A stretch of 64,000 nt of DNA from Candidatus Collierbacteria bacterium UBA2277 (GTDB lineage: Bacteria > Patescibacteriota > Microgenomatia > UBA1400 > MFAQ01): the NCBI GenBank assembly GCA_002347045.1, contig DDWV01000001.1, positions 291,844 to 355,843 on the forward strand. Reading direction: 5' to 3'. The notes under the pieces are model-generated. The model had not been told where the DNA came from, made no database searches, and worked only from the letters and a program-made list of their open reading frames with translations. The translations under genes and the position numbers were made by a program. Below, one piece after another: positions 27,158 to 38,096 of this stretch. The first letter of the stretch is position 1, and each line of letters starts with the position of its first letter.

Positions 27158-28565
27158 CAGACGTTTTTACCTGCTAATTTTAGTAATTTCCATCTCTTTA
27201 ATTTTAGGCTTCAAACTTAGGAATAGAAATTATAATGAAGTTCCTTTCCCTGGAGAGTCACTCGATGAGTATAGTAATTCTTGGGTGGGCTTGAGCTTAA
27301 TTCAGTTTGGTTTTCCTGTTGGGCAGTCAGGTTTGGCTGGCTATCCAATAACTGACAATAGATATATTAATGTTGATCGAATATATCAAGGAATGGCAAA
27401 TGGAAATACTTTGCAGATGAACTATCCCTGGTTTGACCATCCTCCGATGATGGGTTTGATTAGCGGTGGCTATAGCTATATAAAGGGAGCACGGGTTTTT
27501 GAAGACACCACAACCGCGACAATTAGAAAGCCTATTATATTGATGTCAGTTGTAACAATCGGACTAACGTCGATACTGGCTTATTTGATTTTTGGGTGGA
27601 AGACAGCAGTCGTCTCTTCTTTAGTAATGGCCACTTCGCCTTTGATGGTGATTAATGGTCGAATGGTTCAAGCGGAAAACGGAATTACTCCGTTGTTTCT
27701 TCTTTTGATGATATGTCTTTGGTTTTATAAAAAGATACGGAAAAGATATTTACTTGTTTTGTGTGCTTTTCTCTCTGGAATGGCAGTGTTGTTTAAACTT
27801 TCTGGTGTAGCTTTGATTTTTTCTGGAGTGCTAGTACTTCTTACGGATAATAAGAGGGGGCTTTCTGTCAGACTTAGTGAAGGCCTGATCTTTTTGACTG
27901 TATCACTATCTATTGCTTTCTTGTTTGTGGTTTATGGAGCAGCAATTGATTTTGATGTGTTTGTTAGTGTATTTTTTTCCAACACGAATAGGGCTTATGG
28001 AATAGGACTTAATGCTATTTCTGAGCTGATCACCAGCACAAAAGTTACTAGTTCAAAGTTTTTGGGGGATGGATGGCCGCTTATTGGCTGGCTTGGGCTT
28101 TTTTTGTTGATTGGGAAGAAGGAAATTATCTCAAAGAGCAGATTTGTTTGGATTCCTATATTGGTTTATCTGTCTGTTTATTTATTTTTTGGAAGTGAGT
28201 CGTACGGCTGGTACCGTATTCCTTTTATGCCATTTTTAATGATTATTGTCTCCTGGCTAATTGTTAGATTTTCTCAAAATATCAAGGAGACTTTTTTGTC
28301 GGTGTTTGCTTTACTTATCCCAATAGGTATAAATGTTTCAAGGCTCACAGAGGCTCACCAGATCCCACTTTTGATTAGTACCTGGAGATTTACCACTTTG
28401 ATTGCGATTGGAATGGCGATAGTTCTTGGAGTTGTTTACAAACCAGGTAAAAAGCTAACAATACTCATCTACATATTAATGTTTTTACTTTTTATGGCTG
28501 CTATCTACACCAACATACTAAGGACAGACATGCTTTCTGTTGAGTACTGGTATAAGGCTCACTGA
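27147..28565 (+). CDS. polytopic membrane protein, GT-C-like putative glycosyltransferase
   Basis: 472 aa. GESLDEYSNSWVGLSL loop after the first TM, resembling the DE loop of ArnT-like enzymes. 11-nt overlap with the upstream ORF. Confidence 0.5.
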   Translation: MKNNRRFYLLILVISISLILGFKLRNRNYNEVPFPGESLDEYSNSWVGLSLIQFGFPVGQSGLAGYPITDNRYINVDRIYQGMANGNTLQMNYPWFDHPPMMGLISGGYSYIKGARVFEDTTTATIRKPIILMSVVTIGLTSILAYLIFGWKTAVVSSLVMATSPLMVINGRMVQAENGITPLFLLLMICLWFYKKIRKRYLLVLCAFLSGMAVLFKLSGVALIFSGVLVLLTDNKRGLSVRLSEGLIFLTVSLSIAFLFVVYGAAIDFDVFVSVFFSNTNRAYGIGLNAISELITSTKVTSSKFLGDGWPLIGWLGLFLLIGKKEIISKSRFVWIPILVYLSVYLFFGSESYGWYRIPFMPFLMIIVSWLIVRFSQNIKETFLSVFALLIPIGINVSRLTEAHQIPLLISTWRFTTLIAIGMAIVLGVVYKPGKKLTILIYILMFLLFMAAIYTNILRTDMLSVEYWYKAH

Positions 28566-28571
28566 GTTGTT

Positions 28572-30224
28572 TTATTGGTTCGCTTCCGGTGAGGTAGTGA
28601 TGATGGAAAACAAAGGCTGGCCAAGAACATCTTTTGTACCCCCAAGAGCTTTGTAACCTGCAGGTGGATCTATTGTCCAGTCCCAGTCTCCAGGAATTTC
28701 CTTCATTTGGGCGGCTAAGTATATATCTCCTGGCTGTAGAAGTTTCCCTAGATCATCGAGGTTTCCTACCTGACCAAAATAATAATTTTCTCCAAATCTG
28801 AATCCCTTAAACAAACCATTGTCAAACGACTCTTGCTGGTCTCCTCTAAAGTCCTTTTGGAACTTTGCCGGAGAGTACCGAGTGAAAAAAGCAAATTTTA
28901 ATAGAGATGGTTCGAATGTGTTGTTGATATATATATTTTTGGCTCCTGGCTGAGCTGCCACTAATTGTGTGAAGATATCTTGATAGCCATACTGCCAAAG
29001 TCTGGCTGAAGCTACGCGATAGTGCGCTGAGTATTCATGCCAGTAGTTGGCAAAGGCTAAGGCAAAAAGTACAAAAGAAAATAGTAAAACAACTTTTTTG
29101 TAATGAACTTTTGAGAAAAATTCTTTAAATCCTACGGCCGAGATAATTATAAGAGGAGGAATCATAAGGAATAAACGAGTAGCATGAGTACCTCCTCCCT
29201 GGGTAAGGCTCGATGGAAGAGGTGAAAGAAATAGCCACAAGAGTAAAATCTTTGAGGTTGCTTTTTTGTTTTTTGATAAGACAAAAAATCCGTATATTAA
29301 GAAAGGAAGAAAAATCCAAAGTAGTTCACCCTGTTCACTTATTGAGTGTCGATAAAAAGGATCACCCCGAAGAAACAAGAACTGAGGAGAAAAAGCCGTA
29401 AGATAGTTTTTTCCAAATTGGGTAGCGTATGAGAAGTATTTGTTGTGAAAAAATGTTTCTACAGATGAAGGCTGAATCCAACTTTCTGTACGTTTAATGA
29501 TTAATTGATCGATGGATTTTTGATCATTAAATATGCTAATGAGGCCAAACCTTCCGCTCGCCTGACCAAATAGTACATTTATTACTACGGGAATGGTAAT
29601 AAGTACTGGAACTATTAATTTATGCCAGTTTTGTTTGAGATTTAGATTTGGCTTGGTAATGATGAGAAGGCCGAGGACATACAGTGGTGTAAAAACATTG
29701 GCTGTGGAATAAGTGTAGAGAGTAAGAATAAACGGAATTAAACTAACAAAGTACTGTTCTTTAATAAAAAGCAACGTACCCAAAAGAAGAAGAAAAACTA
29801 GAGGAACTACTTCAAAAGAAGCTCTGGAGTAATGAATGTGCCAGGGAGTAAGGGCGAGGGCCAGAGCGGAAACTAAAGCGATTGAGCTGCTATTGAACAT
29901 CTTTTTGACAAGAAGAAAAAGCAGATAAACTGAGGCAATGCCCAAAAGTGCTACTGGAAGTCTAACAGCGAGGCTGGTAGGGCCAAGAATGCCCACAAAA
30001 GGCGCCGTGATATACATAAGAAGAGGAGCACGCCACTCTGAAAGACTGTGGATGTATGTAGGCAATAAATTACCCATATAATCGCGCCCCGTGGTGATTA
30101 GAGACCACGCGTGGTAGCCAACGTCGATTTCGTCTCCAAACAAGGAAATCGGGAGTGACGTTAGCTTGTATAGACGAAAAAATGATGCTATTGCAATCGT
30201 GAGAGCCAGTAACGCATTTGTCAT
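28572..30224 (-). CDS. GT-C ArnT/PMT_2-like glycosyltransferase
   Basis: 550 aa. FGDEIDVGYHAWSLITTGRDYMG loop and HIHYSRASFE motif. Confidence 0.7.
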   Translation of the reverse strand: MTNALLALTIAIASFFRLYKLTSLPISLFGDEIDVGYHAWSLITTGRDYMGNLLPTYIHSLSEWRAPLLMYITAPFVGILGPTSLAVRLPVALLGIASVYLLFLLVKKMFNSSSIALVSALALALTPWHIHYSRASFEVVPLVFLLLLGTLLFIKEQYFVSLIPFILTLYTYSTANVFTPLYVLGLLIITKPNLNLKQNWHKLIVPVLITIPVVINVLFGQASGRFGLISIFNDQKSIDQLIIKRTESWIQPSSVETFFHNKYFSYATQFGKNYLTAFSPQFLFLRGDPFYRHSISEQGELLWIFLPFLIYGFFVLSKNKKATSKILLLWLFLSPLPSSLTQGGGTHATRLFLMIPPLIIISAVGFKEFFSKVHYKKVVLLFSFVLFALAFANYWHEYSAHYRVASARLWQYGYQDIFTQLVAAQPGAKNIYINNTFEPSLLKFAFFTRYSPAKFQKDFRGDQQESFDNGLFKGFRFGENYYFGQVGNLDDLGKLLQPGDIYLAAQMKEIPGDWDWTIDPPAGYKALGGTKDVLGQPLFSIITTSPEANQ

Positions 30225-31720
30225 AAGTTAATTATACTTTCAGTTTCATTTACGAAAAAATAGTAACCAAAAATCGGATCCCCGACTGTTTTTAGATTTG
30301 GCTGATGTTCTAGTTTGGCCATTACTATCCCCTTTTCAGGCAAATGACTATCTGGTTGCCAGAGAATTAGTGGTTCGTCGAAGTAAGCTGCTTCTAGGAA
30401 GTTTCCAGTTTGACCATCTGAGTGCCTTGGACCTGCCTCTATATGTGGCGTCAGATTGTTTTTCTTGGCAATCTTCGAAAGGTACTCATATGCGCCAGCC
30501 ACTTCATTTGATGGCATAAAAGAGGCTCTGGCAAACTTTGGATAGGTGTACCAGTAGTAGTTTACAAAGTCGGCATAGTTAAAAATAAACAAGAGTACAA
30601 ATACCACTGTAAAAATTTTTGAGAAAAACTTGTTTTTATTTTCTGTAATTGTTGCCGCTCCAAGAGTGGATAATGCAACAAATGACGGTATAAAAGCCAT
30701 AAGACGACTGGCTCGATGTACACTGTTTACAAATCCAAATAATAGTGGAGTTGAAAACATGACGGCAATAATGAATAGCCACACACCTCTTTTTTTGAAT
30801 GCTTGGTAAATTCCAATTAAAAACAGAGGAAGAGAGGCAAGTAACAACATACCATGCACGCCGGTCGAGTGAAAAATTGTTGAGTCTCCTTTTATAAAGA
30901 GAAAGGAAAGATCAAAACTGGAAATGTATGGGTATAAAAAATCATACACAGAACTCCAGTTAAATCCGTTGGAATTAAAGACTGCTCCTGGGTACTTTTT
31001 CTCGAGAACTGGAATTATGGCAAAGAATGGAAATACCCCCAGGGAAAAAAACAAAGATTCGTTTACAAACTTTCTTATTTTATTCTTGGAGTACTGTGAC
31101 TTTATCTCAGTAAAGAAGCTAATAACTGTTAAAACACACCAGACAGGAACGGTGGCTCTCATAGCCTTGTATGTATAAAAGTTGATACCAAGAGAGATTC
31201 CGGCAAATAGGAGATACTTTAGGTTCTTTGTTTTGTTGTAGTACCACAAACAGATTAACCAGATTAAAGTAAAAGGAATAGGAAATATATTATCGAGAGC
31301 CATGTGAGTTTGAATCATTACTAGAGGTGTAGTCAAGAAAATGACCGTACCAATAATGGCTGATTTTTTGTTTAGGATTTTTTGCAACCAAAAGAAAGTA
31401 AGAAAAGTGCTAAATATCAAAATGGCAACGGTAGAAAGTCGAAGGGTGAGCAATGACGGACCAAAGATCTTAAAAACAGCTGTAATGTAATACTGTGAAA
31501 CTGGTTGCCGCCAGTCGGCACCATTTATTGACATCACAAAAAAAGGTAGAAAACGACCGTTTTCATCGTGTAGAGTTTTTTCCAACAAGACGGCGTTGTA
31601 TCCAAAAGCAGCTTCATCAACCGTAATTCCTGGAGGAGTTTGTAGAATCCGATATGAGAAAAATAGCCCAATCAATACTGAGATCATAATAACGAGAAGT
31701 GGATAAAAAATCTTTTTCAT
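30221..31720 (-). CDS. GT-C ArnT/PMT_2-like glycosyltransferase
   Basis: 499 aa. TVDEAAFGYNAVLLEK..DENG loop. ATGA overlap with the upstream paralog. Confidence 0.65.
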   Translation of the reverse strand: MKKIFYPLLVIMISVLIGLFFSYRILQTPPGITVDEAAFGYNAVLLEKTLHDENGRFLPFFVMSINGADWRQPVSQYYITAVFKIFGPSLLTLRLSTVAILIFSTFLTFFWLQKILNKKSAIIGTVIFLTTPLVMIQTHMALDNIFPIPFTLIWLICLWYYNKTKNLKYLLFAGISLGINFYTYKAMRATVPVWCVLTVISFFTEIKSQYSKNKIRKFVNESLFFSLGVFPFFAIIPVLEKKYPGAVFNSNGFNWSSVYDFLYPYISSFDLSFLFIKGDSTIFHSTGVHGMLLLASLPLFLIGIYQAFKKRGVWLFIIAVMFSTPLLFGFVNSVHRASRLMAFIPSFVALSTLGAATITENKNKFFSKIFTVVFVLLFIFNYADFVNYYWYTYPKFARASFMPSNEVAGAYEYLSKIAKKNNLTPHIEAGPRHSDGQTGNFLEAAYFDEPLILWQPDSHLPEKGIVMAKLEHQPNLKTVGDPIFGYYFFVNETESIINL

Positions 31721-31721
31721 T

Positions 31722-32879
31722 TTAGATAAAGGGTATTTTTAATGTTAGAAACATGTTTAGAAAATGAAATGTGCTCAGAAACAGATAAAAAAACCACCAA
31801 GATGGACTCTCCAAAAAAACTAGTAGCCCAAAAATAAGTGCTGGAGCAAGATGCCTTTCGTGGACTCTGGTCTGAAAAAAGAAAACTGCAACCGACCAAA
31901 AGAAAAGATAATAAAATAATTTTTTTAGTGAATATTTCTTTAGTGTTTTGAAGATTAGCATAAATAGGATTAATAGAAGAAGGGCTATTGAGATTTGTCG
32001 AACTGAAAGAAAACTAATCTTGTATGAGTCTGCTGGCAAACTTGGAAGTAAGTAGTACCAAAAATTCCAAGCATTGTCAGTGACACCGCTAGACGACCCA
32101 GAGAGAGTTGAAAGATAAGACTGGACTGCTGGAACAGGGCTAAGACCTGAGGGGAGATAAGAAACAATGTAAAAGATAAATGACAAAAGCAACCCTTTTA
32201 TAATTTCCTGCCTATTGAGCTCTTTGTACCAAAGAATAAAGTAGAACGGTATAAACCAAAGAGCAGTTTGTTTTACAAGTGCTGCAAGACAAAAAATGGG
32301 AATTGAAATCAGTTTGAGGTTTTTGTTTTGGGGCGTTATTACGAGGTATAGTGACCATAGTAAAAACACATTGGTAACTGGCTCAATTTGACCCCATACA
32401 GAGCTAAGGTAAATTACGGCTGGATTAAATAGATAAAGAGACGCTAATAAAAAAGGTCTTCGTCTTTTGAAAAATTTAGCGAATTTGTAGATCAAATAGC
32501 CAATGCCTATATCAGAAATAATCCCCGGCAACTTTAAGAAACCCATGGACATGTTCTCTGATTTAAACAATGGAACTAACAACGATGGAAAAATTGAGAT
32601 GGTTTGATTTAGATACTCGAAGAGATTGTTTAGTGTGCTTAAAAAAAGATTTGCTAGTGCAAATAAAAAAATCGCAACTGGAGGATAGTTGATGTCGTTA
32701 AATCCTGAAAAGTGACGGGAATAAATGCCAACTGAATTTTCTAGAAATGCATTACCCCATACCAGATGATTTTTTACGTCTCCCGAGTATTGAGGATACA
32801 AAAAAACAAGACGCAAAAGAAAAGCGGATAGCAGTAGGTAGATTAATTTCCTTTTATTTGTCACTTGTAGTAGAAGCAT
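31722..32879 (-). CDS. polytopic membrane protein, putative GT-C mannosyltransferase (DUF2029/PIG-like)
   Basis: 385 aa. YPQYSGDVKNHLVWGNAF loop, about 9-10 TM segments. Confidence 0.45.
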   Translation of the reverse strand: MLLLQVTNKRKLIYLLLSAFLLRLVFLYPQYSGDVKNHLVWGNAFLENSVGIYSRHFSGFNDINYPPVAIFLFALANLFLSTLNNLFEYLNQTISIFPSLLVPLFKSENMSMGFLKLPGIISDIGIGYLIYKFAKFFKRRRPFLLASLYLFNPAVIYLSSVWGQIEPVTNVFLLWSLYLVITPQNKNLKLISIPIFCLAALVKQTALWFIPFYFILWYKELNRQEIIKGLLLSFIFYIVSYLPSGLSPVPAVQSYLSTLSGSSSGVTDNAWNFWYYLLPSLPADSYKISFLSVRQISIALLLLILFMLIFKTLKKYSLKKLFYYLFFWSVAVFFFQTRVHERHLAPALIFGLLVFLESPSWWFFYLFLSTFHFLNMFLTLKIPFI

Positions 32880-34092
32880 TTGTTATTTGACCTCTATTAT
32901 GCGATAGGAACCATATCAAAATGGCTACTAGACCAGCTCGAGATAACTGAACTAACTCCGTGAACATGCTGGAACTGGTGAGAGATGAGGGTAGGGAAAG
33001 CTTGGAATGAAAAAACAACTGAAGATGAAGGTTTGCGTCAAAAGAGAATAATATACCAAACCAACAAACTATGGCACCAAGATAGAAAAGGTAATCTTTG
33101 GTATCTATTGCATTAACAATAAAGAGAGGCATTAGCCACACAAGCCACTGTGGGTGAAAATGTGTAAAGGCGAGGCTTGATAACAAAGCTGAAGCAATTG
33201 CCTGATTTAGATTGAGTTTTTTTGACCAGAAAAAGAGTATTGTCAGAGTATATAAAATGAAGAAGAGTGGAATGTCGTGGCCAGCAGCAATAGAAACACC
33301 AGCATGAGTGCTTTTGCTAATTTGCTCAGCAAATAGCGCATAGTAGCGATAAGAGGCCGAGCTGAGGTAAGGCAAAATTCCAAGGATATAGACTCCGACT
33401 CCTGTTAGTGAAACCAGTGCCGACCTCCAAAGGTTTTTGTTTTGGTGAAAACTTTGGATGGCAAACAATGGAATAAGTATCAGTCCGATTGGTTTTATAA
33501 GTGCAGACAAAGAAACAAATACGCAGGCGGTAAAAAGCTTATTATTCTTGGCAAAGTACAATGATGCCAAAATAAGCAAAGCAATAATGATATCAACCTG
33601 ACCCATCATAGAGCTCACATATATAGCCAAAGGATTAAAGGCCCACAAAAGCATTGCGATATTTTTATTCTTTTGTTTTTTGAAAAACTTTGGTAAAAGC
33701 CAAAGTATGCCCAAGTCTGCCAGTATCATGGGGAGCTTGTAGAGCAAAAGAAGAAAATTATAGTTTGTGAGGTTTGGGGCAATCCAGTCTTGTCTAGCAA
33801 AAATTTGACCTGTGTGTCTGACTATACTTACAAAGGGTAAGTAGACAACGGAAGGTATCAGATAAGCAAGTGGCTGGTAATTAAAAATTACATTTGTGTC
33901 GTGATTTACCAGTACACCTTCTGCATCAAGAGAAGCAACTTCATCGTAAAAAGTGAACCACTTCCCTTCTCCGGCGATGTATTTTCCGGCAAGGGAGAAG
34001 GCGCCAATATCTGACTGGTAAGTAAAAATAGAGAGGACAATTCGAACTAGGAATGCAAATGCTATTAAATACCAAGTCCAGGAGTGTTTCAT
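32854..34092 (-). CDS. polytopic membrane protein, putative GT-C glycosyltransferase
   Basis: ORF extends to 34122. The ATG at 34092 (MKHSWTWYLIAF) forms an ATGA overlap with the stop of 34089-34898, so that is the likely start. YQSDIGAF loop. Confidence 0.45.
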   Translation of the reverse strand: MKHSWTWYLIAFAFLVRIVLSIFTYQSDIGAFSLAGKYIAGEGKWFTFYDEVASLDAEGVLVNHDTNVIFNYQPLAYLIPSVVYLPFVSIVRHTGQIFARQDWIAPNLTNYNFLLLLYKLPMILADLGILWLLPKFFKKQKNKNIAMLLWAFNPLAIYVSSMMGQVDIIIALLILASLYFAKNNKLFTACVFVSLSALIKPIGLILIPLFAIQSFHQNKNLWRSALVSLTGVGVYILGILPYLSSASYRYYALFAEQISKSTHAGVSIAAGHDIPLFFILYTLTILFFWSKKLNLNQAIASALLSSLAFTHFHPQWLVWLMPLFIVNAIDTKDYLFYLGAIVCWFGILFSFDANLHLQLFFHSKLSLPSSLTSSSMFTELVQLSRAGLVAILIWFLSHNRGQITNASTTSDK

Positions 34093-34898
34093 TTCTTGAT
34101 TTTTTTGAGAATTTTCTGCCATTTTTGACCAATAAATAGTACAGCGTTTAAGAGCTTTGAACCAATTTTACCGTGGTAAATCTGAGCTGACTTTGCTAGG
34201 GGGCTTGAAAGGTGAGAGGAAAAGTTTCCACTTGCTCCGTGAATATGCATTACTTTGGCTTTTGGAAGGTAGTAAACAGGGAGCTTAAACTTGGCGAGTC
34301 TGCGACAGTACTCAACATCTTCGTAGTATAGGAAAAATCTTTCATCGAGTCCGCCGACCTGATTGATAGTAGTCTTTGGTACTAAAAAAGCGGCCATCAC
34401 GGCGACGTCTACCTTGGTTGTTTTGTTCCCTGGATAGAACTTGTTAAAGCAGTTTTTACAACCAAAGAAATAATGTTTAATGGCATTGCCTATCGTTGGG
34501 AACATATAGCAGGAAGGCTGAATTTTTCCGTCATTGTATAAAAGTTTTGGCGCTACTGCCCCAAGTAGTGGATGTTTTTCTGCAAAATCGAAAAGTGTTT
34601 TAAGAGCCAAGCCAATTATTTTTGTGTCTGGATTTATTATTAGAACGTACTTTCCTTTTGCGACTTTGACTCCTTTATTTATCGCTTTGGAAAAGCCAAC
34701 GTTTTCTGTGTTGATAAGAACTGTTGGTTTTAGTGAATGGTTTCGAGCCAGTTCAGCTCCCCTATCTGCTGGATAGTTGTCGACAACAATAATTTCTTTT
34801 GTGAGACCATCCTTGGATTTTTTTATCGAGTCCAAAAAAGGAACTATAGTATCCTCAGATTTGTACCCAACTGTGACAATAGATAGATCAATTTTCAT
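34089..34898 (-). CDS. glycosyltransferase family 2
   Basis: 269 aa. LSIVTVGYKSEDT, IIVVDNYPAD and LIINPDTKI motifs. Confidence 0.7.
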   Translation of the reverse strand: MKIDLSIVTVGYKSEDTIVPFLDSIKKSKDGLTKEIIVVDNYPADRGAELARNHSLKPTVLINTENVGFSKAINKGVKVAKGKYVLIINPDTKIIGLALKTLFDFAEKHPLLGAVAPKLLYNDGKIQPSCYMFPTIGNAIKHYFFGCKNCFNKFYPGNKTTKVDVAVMAAFLVPKTTINQVGGLDERFFLYYEDVEYCRRLAKFKLPVYYLPKAKVMHIHGASGNFSSHLSSPLAKSAQIYHGKIGSKLLNAVLFIGQKWQKILKKIKK

Positions 34899-35769
34899 AT
34901 GGTTTGTTTATTAAATTAAATACTTGAGTGTCGGTGAGAGATCCCTTGGTTTTTTTGCCTTTTTTTAAGTATTCTACCAAAGCAAAAAAGACAATTCTGA
35001 GATACTTTGGATGTCTTAGTGCGTGTTTGGTTAAAAATTTTTGATGAGAAGAAGTGTATTTCTTCTCTGAGAAGTTTTGCCAGATAAAAAGAAGCTCGTT
35101 TCTTTGCTTAATTGTGCTTACAAAATCTGGGTTTAACTTGCTAAAGGTGGACTCATGTTGATGAATAACTAAAGCGTCAGGGACCCAGAGAATCTTCATC
35201 CCCGACTTCCAAGCTCGCCAACCCAGATCAATGTCTTCCCAGTAGCCTGGAGAGTAGATTTCGTTGAAACCATATAGCTTGTCAAAAAAGTCTTTCCTTA
35301 CAATAGCACTTCCCCCAGATAACCACCCAGAGTAATAGGGTTTTGTTTTGTCTACTCCTGTGACAAACTGAAACTTTCCACCATGCCAGCTAGCAACTGG
35401 CCAAGAAGAGTTCTCTTCATTAAATGAAACACCAAAGAGATCTTTATCGGAAAAATACTTGAGGGACTTCTCTAGATACCCTTTTATGGGAGATACGTCG
35501 TTGTTCAAAAAAACGATAAAGTCTGCTTTTGAGTGACGAATGCCAATGTTCATTGATTTACTAAAGCCTAGATTCTTTGAGTGGTGAATGCAGACCACCT
35601 GAGGAAAGTTTTCTTTGAGATACTTTGGGGTGTTGTCGGTACTGCCATCATCAACAACGATGATGCCTGCTCCTGGAGATAGCTTAATTACTTCGGGAAG
35701 GTGTTTTTCCAACAAATACTTGCCGTTGAATGTAGGTATGACAATATCTATAGATGGAGTGTGTGACAT
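34888..35769 (-). CDS. glycosyltransferase family 2
   Basis: SIDIVIPTFNGKY and IIVVDDGSTDNT motifs. Likely start is the ATG at 35769 (MSHTPSID); the ORF track extends to 35853. Confidence 0.7.
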   Translation of the reverse strand: MSHTPSIDIVIPTFNGKYLLEKHLPEVIKLSPGAGIIVVDDGSTDNTPKYLKENFPQVVCIHHSKNLGFSKSMNIGIRHSKADFIVFLNNDVSPIKGYLEKSLKYFSDKDLFGVSFNEENSSWPVASWHGGKFQFVTGVDKTKPYYSGWLSGGSAIVRKDFFDKLYGFNEIYSPGYWEDIDLGWRAWKSGMKILWVPDALVIHQHESTFSKLNPDFVSTIKQRNELLFIWQNFSEKKYTSSHQKFLTKHALRHPKYLRIVFFALVEYLKKGKKTKGSLTDTQVFNLINKPYEN

Positions 35770-35810
35770 CTTTCTTAGTATACCAAGCAGAGTGATAGAA
35801 TTGGGGAAGA

Positions 35811-38096
35811 GTGCATAAAAAAATAAAACATATATTTGTAAAGCTATTTCCAATTTTGTTCCTTGTAGGAGTAGCTGTTACTTTTTATTGGAAGTTCTTT
35901 TTCAAAGGATTAATCCCCTTTCCTGGAGATCTTATGGTTGGAGCATATTTCCCCTGGTTAGACTACAAATGGGGCAATGCAGTCGGTGTGGCCGTTAAGA
36001 ATACATTCATTTCAGACATTTTCTCCGCATTCTTTCCATGGAAGGTAGAGTTTGCAAAATCTTACATTAACCATCAATGGCCACTTTGGAGTCCGCTTTT
36101 GTATTCTGGTTATCCGTTATTTGCAAATTTTAATTCTGGATATTTAAATCCTTTTAACTTATTACTTGTTATTTTTGGATCAATAGATGGTTGGTCTTTA
36201 ATGGTTTTTTCACAACCCGTCTTTTCGATGATAACGATGTATTCTTATCTACGAACTATAAATAAGAGAATGTATCCAGCATTGGTTGGTTCAATTGTCT
36301 ATGGATTTGGTGGTTTTGCAATGACTTGGTCTCAGTATGTGAATGCAGGGTTTGTAATGATTTGGCTACCTTATATACTTTGCGCAATTGAATTATCAAA
36401 AATAAGAAATAATTATAAATACCTATTTGCATTAACTCCTTTATTTTTCCTAGTAGTAACGTCTGGTCACTTTCAAGGGTTAGTGTACACAGCAGTAATT
36501 TCTATTGCTTATATTATATTTCGTGTTAAATTAAACGACACAAAAAAAATAATTACCTTCTTTGTTTGTTCATTTTTAGCTATCGGATTAAGTGCAATAC
36601 AACTCATACCAACTATTGAATTATTGAAGAGGAGTGTACGATTCGATGATGGGATGATAGCAGGTGAAAATTATGGATTGTTACCAAAACAAAACTTAAT
36701 TACTCTAGTTGCTCCAGATTTTTTTGGAAATCCAACTACTGGAAACTTTTGGGGCTTTTACAATTACCACGAAACTATTTCATACTTCGGAATATTTGGT
36801 TTTGTTGCACTAATCTATGGACTGTTGTTTTTTAAAAAATTGTCAATCGAAAGGTTTTTTGTAATTTCAACAATAATAGGATTACTTTTGCAGTTTGACA
36901 CTCCCATCGGAAGAGCAATATACATTTATAAAGTTCCGTTTTTATCAACGTGTGCAGCAGGAAGAATCGGAATCGTGATTCTATTTGGAGTTTCAATACT
37001 GACTTCTAGTTTTCTTGAGAACATTCAAAAAATGACCATTAAAGAAATTTTTAAAATTTTTGTTTTTCCGGTTATGTTTATTGTGTTGGGAGTGACGATT
37101 CCGTTTTTATCAAATATGTATTACAAATCTTCAGGATTAAGTTCACAGCTTGCATTGGAAATTAACAATGATTATGTGGCTCTTAGAAACATGGTAGTTC
37201 CATTATGTTTAGTTTTTACATTTTTTATTTTTATATTAATATCCAATAGAATCGTTTGGGTGAAATATTTGTTGATATTTATAGTGTTAGCAGATCTATT
37301 TAGATTCGGGTGGAAGTATTTACCATTCGTTCCTGAATCTTATATCTTTCCAAATACAGAAGTGACCGATTACATAAAAAGTGATAATACAATTTTTAGA
37401 ATTGACAAGGAAAGAGGCGAGGTTTTACCTCCTAACACCTGGATGGGTTATGGAATGATGAGTCCATCAGGGTTTGACCCTTTAGCAGTTACGAATTATG
37501 TAAAAGCATATCGTGAAGATTTAAATGGATATACTGCAGGAAGTGTTTCCAGATATTCTGAAATTGATAGAGTAAATGCTGAAGCACTTGGAAAATACAA
37601 CGTAAAGTATTTGCTGGCAATAAAACGGAACGAAAAGTATGAGATTCCAGGTGATATTCTTAGTTATAAAATTGATGAAAATGAGTGGAGCAGGGTTTTT
37701 GAGACAAAATCTGTGGCTGTATTACTTAACTCGAAATTTCAAGAAAGGGCGAGAATTATTGATGGAGATGGTAATGATTCGAAAGGATCTGCTGATATTG
37801 TCAGTTACGAAAGTAACAAGGTAATTGTTAAATTTAGCAATATTGATGGAGAAAGACTTCTACTTGCAGACACGTATTATCCAGGGTGGGTTGCATCCAT
37901 TAATGGTAATAAAACTAAAATTGGGGACGAAAATAGACCCTTCCGAACCGTGGATATCCGAGGAATAAAAGAGGGGAAGGTGGTTTTTGAATACAAACCA
38001 AAATCATTCTATATAGGATTGCTGGTATCAGGAATTAGTTTTGGGGTATGGCTAGGTCTAGTTATTTTTCAAGCAATAAAGAAGGCGAGTAGATAA
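35811..38096 (+). CDS. YfhO-family-like large membrane protein (putative lipid-linked glycan or teichoic-acid-type glycosyltransferase)
   Basis: 761 aa. About 14 N-terminal TM segments with a PGDLMVGAYFPWLDYKW loop, a C-terminal soluble domain and one terminal TM. Architecture resembles B. subtilis YfhO. Confidence 0.5.
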   Translation: MHKKIKHIFVKLFPILFLVGVAVTFYWKFFFKGLIPFPGDLMVGAYFPWLDYKWGNAVGVAVKNTFISDIFSAFFPWKVEFAKSYINHQWPLWSPLLYSGYPLFANFNSGYLNPFNLLLVIFGSIDGWSLMVFSQPVFSMITMYSYLRTINKRMYPALVGSIVYGFGGFAMTWSQYVNAGFVMIWLPYILCAIELSKIRNNYKYLFALTPLFFLVVTSGHFQGLVYTAVISIAYIIFRVKLNDTKKIITFFVCSFLAIGLSAIQLIPTIELLKRSVRFDDGMIAGENYGLLPKQNLITLVAPDFFGNPTTGNFWGFYNYHETISYFGIFGFVALIYGLLFFKKLSIERFFVISTIIGLLLQFDTPIGRAIYIYKVPFLSTCAAGRIGIVILFGVSILTSSFLENIQKMTIKEIFKIFVFPVMFIVLGVTIPFLSNMYYKSSGLSSQLALEINNDYVALRNMVVPLCLVFTFFIFILISNRIVWVKYLLIFIVLADLFRFGWKYLPFVPESYIFPNTEVTDYIKSDNTIFRIDKERGEVLPPNTWMGYGMMSPSGFDPLAVTNYVKAYREDLNGYTAGSVSRYSEIDRVNAEALGKYNVKYLLAIKRNEKYEIPGDILSYKIDENEWSRVFETKSVAVLLNSKFQERARIIDGDGNDSKGSADIVSYESNKVIVKFSNIDGERLLLADTYYPGWVASINGNKTKIGDENRPFRTVDIRGIKEGKVVFEYKPKSFYIGLLVSGISFGVWLGLVIFQAIKKASR

